Assembly: GCF_037042905.1 (NCBI RefSeq)
Contig: NC_087252.1
Location: forward strand, 17,052,001 to 17,116,000
Direction of reading: 5' to 3'
Source: Lytechinus pictus
Lineage: Eukaryota
Length of the DNA: 64,000 bases
The position numbers and the translations under genes are program-made. Shown here one piece after another: positions 47,447-59,743 of this stretch; within the stretch, counting starts at the first letter, position 1; each line of letters opens with the position of its first letter. The notes below the pieces were generated by a model that worked only from the letters and a program-made list of their open reading frames with translations, was not told the origin of the DNA and ran no database searches.

Positions 47447-50400
47447 CAGGGGCAGATCCAGCCTTCGCCTGAAGGGTGGGGGCGGATTTTTCTCAGCCAC
47501 ATTTTCCCCGATCCGCCGCTCGAAGTTGATATTTGTTTGTTTCTTTGAAGGGGTAGTCCTAATAGTCATTTCTAAGCTTTATTCTTATAAATCAACATAA
47601 ATTTATAATAATCTCATAAGCCTTATTTAAATTTTATTTCATGTATTTTGTCGTAAAATTTAAACATTCTTGGCAATGTTTGTGATCCTAAACGAGATGT
47701 GCATCAAACTAAATAATTACTACGAGCAAAAAAATTGTAATATGCGTTTTGATCTGTAAAAGGCTACTTGCAGTTAGCGATGAAGACGTTACATATTTCA
47801 GCAATCAAATAAAGCGAGCGCGAAGCAAGAGCTAAAACCTTGGACGTTTCTACCCGAAGAATAGAAATTCTAAGCACCTTTTGTAATCGTGAAAAGGATA
47901 AGTATATAACTAAATAATTGATGCGAGCGCGAAGCGCGAGTGGAAAAATTTGAGATTTACACGTAAAAATGGGACACTCTATTCATGTTTTGTAAATCAT
48001 TAAAATGATGAGTAATTAGAAATCTTCCTACATTAATAATGCGAGCGCAAAGCGCGAGCAGAAAATGTTTGATACTGTGATCCGAAACTGGACAATGATT
48101 TAAATAGAGAACAAGCTGCGTATCTATATAAACACGCTCGGGCGTTTTCAGATCTCGACCTAGAATCTGGGCATTCTAAATACATTTTGTTATAATGAAA
48201 ATCAATTAAGCGAGCGCGAAGCGCGGGGTTAAACTATTTGATAGCCTATTCCGATCTGAAAAAAGGTCGATTTAAGCTCTGTATGTCAATCACTTTATAG
48301 GAAAACTGTGGATATGGATCACTGTAAAAAAAAAAGAAGAGCTGATGTGTTTCACTATTATTACTTTGAGTTTTGACATAGGACCGGACATTCTAAGAAC
48401 AGTATGTCATCATATGAAAATGATGACTATCTTCCTATATCTCTTCCTAAGCGCGAGATAAAGATTGTCGATATTCCATTCTGAAAAAGGGACAATTTGA
48501 TTATTAAAATGATATCTTATTTATTAATATAATAAACCCAATGAGAGCGCGAAATCTGTTAATATTATGGCCTGAAAACTGGACAATTGAAACCTTTTGT
48601 AATTATGAGTAAGATGCATTAGTTAATATATTTCAACAATCAATGTGAGCGCGAATGTTAAAAAATTAATATTGAGATATACATAAATCACCAATCAAAA
48701 TGCAAGCGTGCAGCGCTAGCTGATACGTTTTTGACAATCTGACCTGAATATGGATATTTTGAAAACTTTGTGGAATACAGGAAAATAATAGGTACCTGAC
48801 AAATCAAATTTTGCGAGCGCGCAGCGCGAGAAGAAAATATTAATATTCAGACCATGAAACAGAACTTTTGACAGAGCACTTTTTAAAAATCAATTTTTAA
48901 ATCAAACAAAATAATGAAAGTTCGATTTCCGAGCTGAAGTGTGTTTTGTATATTTACTTCAAAATTTGATATTTTAAGCTCCATATTGAGCAAAATATGC
49001 AAATCACCGAAAAAGCAATGCGAGCGCAAAGCGCGAGCGAAAATTTTGTATAGTGACATAAAACAATTCTTTTTCATCTTGCTCTTTTCCAAAGGAGTGA
49101 AAGAAAGCTAAAATTTTCTTATTCATAAAAAAGGAAGTATTGAAGAAATTAGTAATTATAGACCGATTTCAGTATTAAGTATTGTTTCCAAGATTGTATA
49201 AAAGATTGTTAATACAGGACTAGATTCGTTTCTGAATGTTTCTGGATTATTATGTGAAAGCCAATTCGGGTTTAGAAAAAAAAAACATTTAACTGAAACT
49301 GCATTAGTATATATTAGTAATTAATAATAGTAAAATGGTCGGTGTAATTTTTATTGATTTGAAAAAGGCCTTCGATTTGGTAGATTTGGATCTGCTGTTG
49401 TTAAAATTGAAAAAAATATGGTTTCTCATCAGACTCAATCAAATGGTTTAATTCTTATGTATTTAATAGATCACAACGTGTTAATATAAATGGGGCACTT
49501 TCTGACACTAAAGAGATGCGGAAAGGAGTACCACAGGGATCCATATTGGGCCCAAAATTATTTTCCATATTTATAAATGATATGCCTAATGTATTGAAAC
49601 ACTCTAAAATAGTTATGTAAGCAGACGATACATCTATTTATGCCGAAGGTGATAGTTTAGCTGAAATACAAAATAAATTACAATTGGATTTAGAAAATGT
49701 AGCCTGCTGGTTATTAGAAAAATGTATGATGATGAATTATGAAAAAACAAAATGCATGATTATTGGTACACGAGCTCGACTTGCATACTCTATTCATCGA
49801 GATTATACAAGTTCAATCCTTTGAATGTTTAGGTATAATTATTGATTATGAATTATAATGGAAAGAAATTGTATCTAAAGTAGCCAATAACAATAGCAGG
49901 AAGTTAGGTATCCTACGAAGGTTAAAAGTATGTGTCAATGAAAATACTTTACTCACTTTATATAATGCTATGGTTTTGCCAATTCTAGATTATTGTTGTA
50001 ATGTCTGGGGGGGGGGGATAAATTCAAAGAAGATACCGAAAGATTGAATAAAAATAATACAGAAAAGAGCCGCAAGAATAATTTTAAACGCCCATTTCTT
50101 GACCTCTTCAGAAAATATATTTGCCCTCTTAGACTAGAAAATATTTGAAGATAGAGTTCGCATTTTTATATTTATGTTAATGTTCAAATGTATGAAATGT
50201 ATTGCTCTCACATGTCTGTCCAAATTATCTAATTTTAGGAAAGAAATTCATTCATACTGTACAATAAATTCATAATAAGTTACACTTCCCAAAATGTCAT
50301 ATTGAATCATTCAAACACTCATTTCATTATCAAGCCGTCTCATTATGAATAGTCTTCAACCTGAACCTCAAAACATAAACTCCCTCTAAATTCTTAAGAA

Positions 50401-50857
50401 ATATTTAAAAGATAACCTTTAAGTCCAATTGCAGCTTTAATTTCCAATAGTAAATATCCGATGTCAATTTCAATGATTATGTTTTATGTATGTATATTCC
50501 CTTCTTTCTAATGATGTGCGTAGTTAATAGTTATTTATAGTTTTGTTTATATATCTGACATCAACTATTATGTTCTATCATTATGTATGTATATTTTCTC
50601 ATGTTGAATTTTACTGTGTATAATAAGATATATTGTGATTGTTTTTTAACATGCAGGACCCCAAGGGAGAGCAATTTTTGTGTTGATTGGGCATCCTGTT
50701 GAAATATTGTTAATAAATAAATAAATAAAGTTGTTTTTTTTAAATCATTTTCCAAGTCTTCCCCTCATCTTATTTCATTCACTCGTCTTCCCTACTTTTT
50801 CCCTTTTTTTGTTCCGCCAATAGGGGGGCGGGCCCCTCGCCCCCTGGATCCGCCTAG
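47447..50857. mobile_element. hAT-like non-autonomous element with ~100-bp GCGAGCGCGAAGCGCGAGC units, interrupted by a LINE
   Basis: Termini CAGGGGCAGATCCAG / CTGGATCCGCCTAG; hairpin motifs between 47814 and 49038. TSD not recognisable. Confidence 0.65.
49086..50729 (+). mobile_element. 5'-truncated, decayed LINE (CR1/L2-group) reverse transcriptase and 3' tail
   Basis: Translated fragments NYRPISVLSIVSKI, QFGFRK, FIDLKKAFDLVD, GVPQGSILGPKLFSIFINDM and M*ADDT (YADD mutated to a stop); frameshifts; (TAAA)n tail. Confidence 0.93.
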
Positions 50858-50888
50858 TATGATATATTTACCATTTTCCACGATATAG

Positions 50889-51021
50889 ATCTGGGCATTA
50901 TCTGGATATACCACCCCTTCGCTAATCAGAATGGAATATTCCACCATATGGATTAGGTTTTATTCAAGACACTTCGGACGACGCGGATTCGGAGCGCACA
51001 TCAACGCTACATGCAATCAAG
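50889..51021 (+). CDS. CUB-domain protein, CUB1 C-half exon
   Basis: gatatAG| IWALSGYTTPSLIRMEYSTIWIRFYSRHFGRRGFGAHINATCNQ G|GTAAT; SG...P......W.RF.S....GF CUB pattern; phase 0-1. Not in the ORF track. Confidence 0.87.
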
Positions 51022-51263
51022 GTAATAGAGAGCTTCCACACATAACGTTTTCGTTTTCAAGAATATAGAATACATATTTACTTTGTACATTTTATTCATG
51101 GCACGGCCCCAATGCAAATCAGACTCTGTATCTGTTTGGGGTTTTTACCGTGTGAAAATAAAATTTATCTATCTATCTATCTATCTATATCATTGTCAAA
51201 TAACTTCCATGGCAAGGAGGTCTTTGTCGAGAATTGGTAGATCAAAACAGCGGTTTCGTCCTG

Positions 51264-51434
51264 GTGGGTGTTTCATAAAGCTGTTCGTGAGTGAAGAGCG
51301 ACTTTAAGAACGACTGGTGATCCTTTCTTGTGGTAAATGGTATATTCATTGGAGATGGTTAAGCACGTAAGAAAGGATCACCAGTCGCTCTTAAAGTCGC
51401 TCTTCACTTACGAACAGCTTTATGAAACGGCCCC
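51264..51434. mobile_element. Near-perfect palindromic Harbinger-like MITE (copy 1)
   Basis: CTG|GTGGGTGTTTCATAAAGCTGTTCGT...ACGAACAGCTTTATGAAACGGCCCC|CTG. Confidence 0.9.
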
Positions 51435-51966
51435 CTGGACTCTGGACAAACCGAAACGTCATATTAGTAATTTTTCATCAGCTTCGGAACTTAAGACAAA
51501 TCTCCTGTGCAGTTAAACAAAATTTCAACAAAGACCTCCCTGTTGTACATTGTGATTTGATTTGGATTTCCAATACATTTACTGCGTTCTTGAAAGCGTT
51601 CTGTGTCAGACACAGTCACACCAACGTTAGGACTTCAGGGTCCCGTTTCACAAAAGCTGTTACAATAACTGAAATCACTTGATCTGATTGGCTGATAATG
51701 ATTTTATTGTATAATTTATGCATTTGTCATTATAAAAAAGTCTTTATGAAAGGGGGCCAGACTGACCAAAGATATTACGTTATTACCAATCAGATACCAT
51801 CATTCACATTGGGGGTCAGGTTCATAGATGTGACTGTTGCTTATCCGGACTTTTCGCATTTACTACGGGGACACTCTCTACGCACCAATTCCTTTGAAAA
51901 TGCAACTCGAATCACAATCGATAGCCATGATAGCTGAGAGACTTTTGTCGAAAGTTGACGGACCGG

Positions 51967-52136
51967 GGGGTCGTTTCATAAAGCTGTTCGTAAGTTAAGA
52001 GCGACTTGAAGAACGACTGGTGATCCTTTCTTACGCGATAAAACATCGCCAATGTATATACCATTTACCACAAAAAGGATCACCAGTCGCTCTTAAAGTC
52101 GCTCTTAACTTACGAACAGCTTTATGAAACACCCAC
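51967..52136. mobile_element. Same MITE family (copy 2, opposite orientation), nested in a 1031-1330-family element
   Basis: GGGGTCGTTTCATAAAGCTGTTCG...CGAACAGCTTTATGAAACACCCAC; host arms ~51856-51960 and ~52222-52330 are inverted. Confidence 0.88.
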
Positions 52137-52619
52137 TTGGACAGCATCGGAATCTCTTGACTCTGGACAACGACATATTTGCATTTTTTTTCCGGGGCAA
52201 ATCTTTGGATGATCAGCTGTCCCAGTCCACTAACTTTCGACAAAAGCCTTTTGGCTCTTTATTGTGATTTTAATCGCATTTTCAAATGAATCGGTGGGTT
52301 GTAGAGGGTTTCCCCGTAGTAAAAGCGTAAACTCCCTCATGTCACAATGGCACCATCGATACCGACTCCGTACTCCGTTTGAGCCTGTCCATATCAATAC
52401 GTTGTTCCATGACATTTGCTCTGGCTCCGATGGGAAATCTGCACGTTACGCCAAACATAAAACCTAACTTCTAAACCTAAATAAACCCTATCCTCATCTT
52501 TATGCATTATTCTAAATCGTTGTTACAAGCAGATCCTGCAATCCAACTCTGACCCCATACCCTCTAAAATAGTAAGACTGGAACAAAACCCTCTAAAATA
52601 GTAAGACCGGAAGAAATAA

Positions 52620-53060
52620 ATGTCGTCATAATGACGTCATCATCTGATCATATTATGTAATTGTAAAAATGCTCATCGTTGAGTAGTTAATAAACGACGT
52701 CATAATCTGGTCGCATAAAATGTTTGATTTACTCGTCATGGTAAAAAAAATTACGTCATAATGACATCATAATCTGGTCATGTAAAATTCAAAATTTACC
52801 CGTCGTTGATTGGTCAATAAATGACGTCATAATCACGTCGTATTATTTCTGGTCATGCAAAATTGTAAATTTACTCGTCATTGACTGGTCAATAATTGAC
52901 GTCATAATGACATCATAATCTGGTCATATAAAATGCAAGATAAACTTGTCATTGAAAGTGGTCAAAATGACGTCATAAAGACGTCGTATACGACGTAAGA
53001 CCAGTATTACCAGTTAACGACGTCATGAAGACGTCATTACGACCATGTCTACTATCAGGG
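52620..53060. repeat. ~65-75-bp tandem array rich in GACGTCAT; possibly subterminal repeats of a CCC-terminus CACTA-like element
   Basis: Unit ~TGACGTCATAATCTGGTCAT..AAAAT...TTTACTCGTC.TTGA.TGGTCAATAA; ends CTATCAGGG. Confidence 0.75.
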
Positions 53061-53622
53061 ATGTCGCAGGAGCATGTGTCATGTCACCCGATAGGTTTAT
53101 AGGGCTCCCACGCACTCTTTTAAAACCACAATAACAGAAACAATAAACGTACTCCAAAAGGTCACGCGTGCACAAAGTTCTACACATCTTTTTTATTGCG
53201 TGTTCGTGTGCGTACGTGGAGTATGGTTTATCATGTGGGCTTTCTGGGCCGGCCTCAAAAGTCGTGCGTGCGAGTATGCTACAAGCTCCATCCATCTTAT
53301 GAATATCGATGGTCGAAGTCCGTTGTTACTCTATAATTATTATAAGCTAATTTGCAAAAGAGGTTAGATCCATTTTTTTTAATTACTTTTTAAAATCTTA
53401 CTGCAAGTAGTATTAGAAGCAATACAATATGATACCAACAATTCATTGAAACTCCCCTCAAAAGGTCAAAAAAGTGCCGGTAAAAAGATAATTCTCTTTA
53501 TATGGAAACGGACTTATCCAGTTTAATTTACCATTGTAGTACATGTTCATTGCGTCTTTATCCATTCGCCCTTCACGTGTATACAACATGCTGAATTACG
53601 ATTTATTTTCTTTCTTTCGTAG

Positions 53623-53646
53623 ATGATGCACATGTGGACACACTTG
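53623..53646 (+). CDS. 24-nt micro-exon linker between CUB1 and CUB2
   Basis: Strong acceptor ttttctttctttcgtAG|, (D)DAHVDTL(G), donor TTG|GTAAGT; phase 1-1. Confidence 0.75.
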
Positions 53647-53899
53647 GTAAGTCTTGAAATTAAGATTGACATTGAAATTGGGTCTATGTTGACAATCTGT
53701 TAACATAGAATTCAATTCTCATAGCAGCTTTCTGATAAGGTCTATTAAATTATTGACAACAGGCTAGTTGAATTCCGTATAAGGGAAGTTACTAGACCTT
53801 TCAAGCGAAGAGCTAGGGTATTGTAGAAAGCCCCGATATTGTCTATTCAAGCTATTTGATCTATAGGCTACGTGGATCTTTACCATCTTGTAATACCTG

Positions 53900-55245
53900 G
53901 GTGCCGTTTCATGAAGCTGTTCGTAAGTTAAGAGCGACTTAAAGACGATTAGTGAACCTTTCCTATGCGAAAATTAATCACCAATAAACATTTCGTGGTT
54001 ATTTACCGCAAGAAAAGATCGCTCTTAAAGTCGTTCTTACCTTAAGCCCCTTTCACAATTGACATACGACCATTTGCGACCTTTTGGTCGTGCGACAGGC
54101 TGCAACAGGCATCAATCGCCAGTCATCTCATAAGATCGCACAGAGGCTTTCACAGTTGCAACAGCTGTCGTACAACAAAAACAACCAGTAAAACCCGTTG
54201 CACGAGTAAGTCGCTTATGATCCTATTGTGCTCGTGCGATCACATGTGAGTGTTGCACGAGGGATTGCGAGGGGAACGATCGCATACAACGGTAGTGCAA
54301 TGTTGTAAGCCGTTGCGATCGGTCTTGCAACAGTCTTATGGCCCATCATATTATCGCACCCAGTCGCAAGACAGGTCTCTGTACATGTAGGTCACTAGCA
54401 CATGTGCAAGTGTTGTAAGACCTCCAGTCGAGTAAATGCGACTACTTAGTTGTGAACCTCTCGCACCAAGTCGTGCAACGTTGAACAACACTCGTACGAT
54501 GATCGCCCGACCGATGGTACGACCCTGGATACGAGCTGATGCGAGTGAATCGATCGTATTTGATCTCGTTTGGATTTTGAACATGTTCAAAGTTCAGATG
54601 TGACCAGTCACGACCACCTCGAGTTCGTGCAACCGTCTACAACGACTGCGAGTGCTCGCAAGTCACCAAGAGATCGATCGTGCAACAGCAGGAAAAAACT
54701 GTTGCAGGCGGTCGTAAACTGGTCGGATGTCAATTGTGAAAGGGGCTGTTCGGTCGCATACATGCGAATGCAACGGTAGTGGAATGTTGTAAGACGTAAT
54801 TTCGATCGGTCTTGCAACAGTCTTATATTATCGCAACCAGTCGCAAGACTGGTCTCTGTAGGTCTCTAGCACATGTGCAAGTGTTGTACGACCTCCAGTC
54901 GACTAAATGCGACTATACATAGTTGTGTCACCTCTCGCATCAAGTCGTACAACGTTGAACAACACTCACACGATGATCGCCCGACCGATGGTACGACCTG
55001 ATGCGAGTAAATCAATCGTATTTGATCGCGTTTGGATTTTGAACATGTTCAAATTCAGATGCGACCAGTCACGACCACCTCCGACCAACTCAAATTCGTG
55101 CGTTCGTCTACAACCACTGCGAGTGCTCGTAAGACACCAAGAGATCGATCGTGCAACAACAAGAAAAAACTGTTGCAGGCGGTCGTAAACAGGTCGTACG
55201 TCAATTGTGAAAGGGGCTTTACGAACAGCTTTATGAGACACCCAC
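53900..55245. mobile_element. Third copy of the palindromic MITE, split by a nested element
   Basis: CTG TSD at 53897-53899 and 55246-55248; the right arm resumes as CGAACAGCTTTATGA after 55221. Confidence 0.85.
54045..55218. mobile_element. Harbinger-like non-autonomous element with a duplicated right half
   Basis: TTA|AGCCCCTTTCACAATTGAC...GTCAATTGTGAAAGGGGCT|TTA; a second right TIR ends at 54747; ~54277-54747 is repeated at ~54750-55218. Confidence 0.88.
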
Positions 55246-55809
55246 CTGGTTTACATTTGCTACGATCATCGTACGATGGATAAGCCTACATTTTGTGGTG
55301 GCATCGTCAGTGGCTATGGACTACGATATTCGTGTTTAAATTACAGACATCGTACATATCCCCCTGTTGATCCTGATCGTAGGATGTGCGTACAATATAA
55401 CATGCCACTGCGATGATCGTGCTTGCCAATGCATCGTACGATGCCCTAGCGCTGATCTTGCGATGAATCTGCAGTGATCGTAATGATGACACTACGGTGT
55501 GGTGCAGGGCTACCATTGTACGAGCTTGAAGAGGAAATGTAAAAACTCTCGCAAAAAAAATATTGAAGACCTCGCAATCGACGTGGATTCTTACACACCC
55601 TCCTCGTACGATTAGCAAGATATGGTCACTGTGCGATTATCGTAACTGAAAGGGAAACAGGGCACACAATTATGATGGGGAAAGCATTACTTTGTTTAGT
55701 AATGAATTACGACTCTTTGTGAAGATCCTTGTTTGTAGTGAATGATCGCCAATTGTCATCAGCCTTTATTTCACTCATTTATTGTACTACCGCTTCGTTT
55801 GTCTCGTAG

Positions 55810-55982
55810 GTTCTGGATATAAGGCATCGGTAGGGGAGACGTACCAGATCTCTTCACCCAACTATCCAAATGCCTATTCACCGGATACTCGGTTGGTTTG
55901 GGGTTTCGATTTACCCGAACCTAGAAATTGCAGAATCTATGTCACCTTTCTTGATTTTGAAACCGACCAAGATATTGACCAG
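55810..55982 (+). CDS. CUB-domain protein, CUB2 N-half exon
   Basis: tttgtctcgtAG| GSGYKASVGETYQISSPNYPNAYSPDTRLVWGFDLPEPRNCRIYVTFLDFETDQDIDQ |GTAATT; classic ISSPNYP..Y and F.DF motifs; phase 1-0. Confidence 0.92.
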
Positions 55983-56975
55983 GTAATTTGACACTTCAAA
56001 ATAACTTCCGGTCAATAATACATGATCGAAATATGATGAAAATAATGAACACTTACACAATTTTAAGTTCGCATTGTTTCTAAATTAGTACTCTATCGTC
56101 GAAAATGATTAAGATATATTTTCCGCTTTCATTTTTCATTAAGAATATCGAACTTCTGTACTAGTATGCTCAATGTGTGAAATGTGTAAATTAAGCCTCA
56201 TGGCCACCATTGTCTTGTAATGCTTTTATTTTTTTTTAATCCGTATACCATTTATACAATGTGGACATAATTATACTGTTCAATAACACGCGAATGATTG
56301 ATGGAGGAGCATAATTGACGATTTTTATGTTATCTGTCAACATGAAATGGTAGAGAACCCCTTTAAATATACAATGTACATTGCGTTGCCGTTCGGTCAT
56401 CTTGAATAAGGGACATGATATCCTTTCTCCACATTGCTGAATATTATTGCAAACCAGGCTTGTTCGCCCTTGGTTAGAGTGGCGTAATGAACCAAATATT
56501 TTAAGGGGCCAGATATGGCGTATTGGACAACGTTTATATAAAAAATGTTGTGAGCGAGCGAAGCGAGCCAGCAAAAATTTTCATTACAAAAATCAATTTT
56601 GTGATAGATTTTGACATGAGCAAGAGCCCCATCTATACGTCACTTCTTCGTTAGTCCCTATTTAACATTTAAGCAAAAACCTCAACATTTTAATAATAAA
56701 AATCAATTTTTGTGATAGATTTTGACTTAAAATTTATAAACTAATATTATGTTTCACTCATCTCCTTTTCGTTTCATATTCTTCTCCTTCCTTTTTTTGT
56801 CTTTTTTGTGGTGGGGGAGGGGGGGGGGGCAAGCGCCCCCATCTGTACGCTACTGCTTGGGTAGTCCCTATTTAACCTTTCAACAACCTTTTCGCCATTT
56901 GGATTAGTTTCGCCCCAGTGATAGATATTGAAATCAAAATGGGATATCTACCGCTCTTTGACATCTACGGCCATT

Positions 56976-59743
56976 TAGTCCAGGATAGAAGGGGTCGAAC
57001 CTTGTTCTTTTATATATACAATGTTTTTTGATGGTTTCTTGTCAATTCGAGGGTGCTGATTCCGAATCTGAATGATGCCACTCGTGTAACCTTGAGCATT
57101 TTCTGCAAATTGGCAAAATCCAATATGGCCGCCAAAATATTCAAATTACCCATGAAAATCATAAAATTGTCCACACATTGCCTATAAAGTACATGCAATT
57201 GTGCTGCCGGAGTGAAATAATATCTGAAAAAATGATTTTTGTCAAAATATTTATTTTCTTGATATCAAAATGGCCGCCATCATAGACCCCTGTACAGTAT
57301 GAATGGGGAAAATTAATTTTTACAAAATTGAGCACTGAAATGCAAGTAATTATAATCTATGAGTGAAGCAATGTCTGAAAACATGATTGCTAACGATATA
57401 TATCATTTGTTATGTCAGTTATGTGATAAATCCTGTATTTAGATATTCAAAATGGCCTCCAAAAACCCTAACACTTTTATGTACAATGTGAATGGTGACA
57501 CACAAAAAATCACAAGAGTGAGCACTAAAATGCATTTTGTTAAGATAAACGAGTGGAATACTGACTAAAAACATTATTGTTAACGAAATTTATTATTTAA
57601 CATGCCATTTATGTGATAAACCCTGTATTTTGATATTTAATATGGCCGCCAAAGGCCCTAAAATTATGATCTACGATGTAAGAGAGGACAAAACAATCAC
57701 AAGGTGAGCACTAAAACGTATTTTTTTGTGGTAAATTAGTGGAATACTGTCTTCAAATATAATTTGCAACGAAATATATTATTCGGGTTTCATATTTGTG
57801 TTAAATACTGTATTTTGGCTTTCAAAAATGGCCGCCGAAAGACATTGACTGTATTATGTACAATTGATCTGGGAAACCAATTTTCACAGGAGTCAGCACC
57901 ATAACATGCATATAATTGTGATTTAAGAGTAAAATATTGTCTGAAAACATAATTTCTAACAAGATATATCATTCATTCTGCCAGGTAGGTGATAAATAAT
58001 GTATTTTGAAAGTCAAAATGGCCGCTACAGGCCCTAACGGTAGGCCTATTATGTACTTTGTGAATGGGAACATATAATTTTAACAGAATTTGGCTTTGCT
58101 TGACTAATTGGTGTTGCATGTATGAGTGAAATAGCGTCTGAAAATATGATTTCTAACCAAATAGATCATTTCTTATGTTATTTAGGTGATAAATGCTATA
58201 TTTAAATTTCAAAATGGCTGCAATATGTTTCTTTGTGGAAATTATCTTTCCCAATTCAAATTTTACATATTAAGATAAGGGACTATGGCGGCCATTTTTC
58301 ATTTTAAAAAGGCTGCATTCATCACCTCTATGACACAAGCTATGATATATTTCGTTAGAAATCATTGGGTTTAGACATCAAAATTAAGCCATTTTCATAG
58401 TAAAAATTTTGTCAAAATTATCTGTCCCCAGTTACAATGTACATACTACTTTGGGCTATGGCAGCAATTTTGAATTTCAAAGTAAGGCCTTTATTACCTT
58501 CTCAACTATCATGTGATGTATTTAGTCAGAAGTCATGTTCAAGACCAAATTTTACCTATACATCACATAGTTACGTGCGTTTTTGGTTCTCATTCTGGTA
58601 ATGATTAGTTTCCCTATACGCATGTTACAGAATTTGCAGGGGCTTGTGCGGCCGTTTTGAAAGTCAAAATACAGTATTTATCACCTACATGGGAGAGGAA
58701 ATGTTATATTTCATTAAAAAATCACGTTTTCAAACAAAATTTTCCTTATACAACAGAATTATATGGATTTCATCGTCAGGCAAATCCTAATTCTTTCAAA
58801 AGTATTTGTCCCCATTTACATTGTAGATAATACTGTAAGGGCCCATAGGGGCCATTTCGAATTTTACAATACATCATTTATCTCATGCATGAAAAAGGAA
58901 ATGATATGCTTCGCCTGAAAACATGTTTTTAGACAATATTTCACTCGTAGATTACAATTAAATTCATTTTATTGTTTTTACTCTTGTGAAAATTAGTTTC
59001 TTCATTCGCTTTGTTCATAATACAGATAGGGCCTATGGCAGCCATTTTGAATGTCAACATGCAGCATAATTACCGAAATTGCAAGGGAAATTATATGTTT
59101 CGTTAGAAATCCTTGTTGTCAGACAGTGTTACACCAATATTTCGCAGTTATTGGCATTTTAAAGTCAAACAAATTCAAAGGTTGTGAAAATTATTTGCCT
59201 CCTTTTATATATTGTACACAGTATAAGGGGTCTATGACAGCCATTTTGAATATCATAATACAGCATTTATCACATTAGATAGTATACAAATGACATAGTT
59301 TTGTTAATAGTCATGTTTTCAGACAGTAGTCCACTCGCAGGTCACAATCACATGCAATAATAGTGCTCTTGTTTGAAAAAATATTTTTCCCCATTCATAT
59401 TCTACATAATAAAGTATACAGGGGTTATGGCGGCCATTTTGAATATCAATAAAATAAATATTTTGTCAAATATCGCTTTTCCAATTGGCATTTCACTTCT
59501 GCACAACAACTACATGCATTTTATAGCTAATGTGTGGGCAATTTTATGATTTTCATGGGTAATTTGCATATTTTGGCGGCCATATTGGATTTTGCCAATT
59601 TGCGGAAAATGCTCAAGGTTACAAGAGTGGCATCATTCAGATTCGGAATCAGCACCCTCGAATTGACAAGAAACCATCAAAAAACATTGTATATCTAAAA
59701 AAACAAGGTTCGACCCCTTGTCTATGGGGCCTATCCTGGACTA
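56976..59743. mobile_element. Academ-like fold-back non-autonomous element, 2768 bp
   Basis: ATT|TAGTCCAGGATAG...CTATCCTGGACTA|ATT (TAG termini, 3-bp TSD); >200 bp of highly similar TIR, then ~185-bp units that point one way left of ~58250 and the other way right of it. Confidence 0.85.

Noticed and set aside
49086..50729. Active or domesticated reverse transcriptase
   Set aside because: Multiple stops and frameshifts, including TAA at the YADD tyrosine; 5'-truncated.
54351..55618. Cluster of overlapping 69-103 aa ORFs as a transposase
   Set aside because: No DDE or other motif; they arise from a GC-richer duplicated non-autonomous element.
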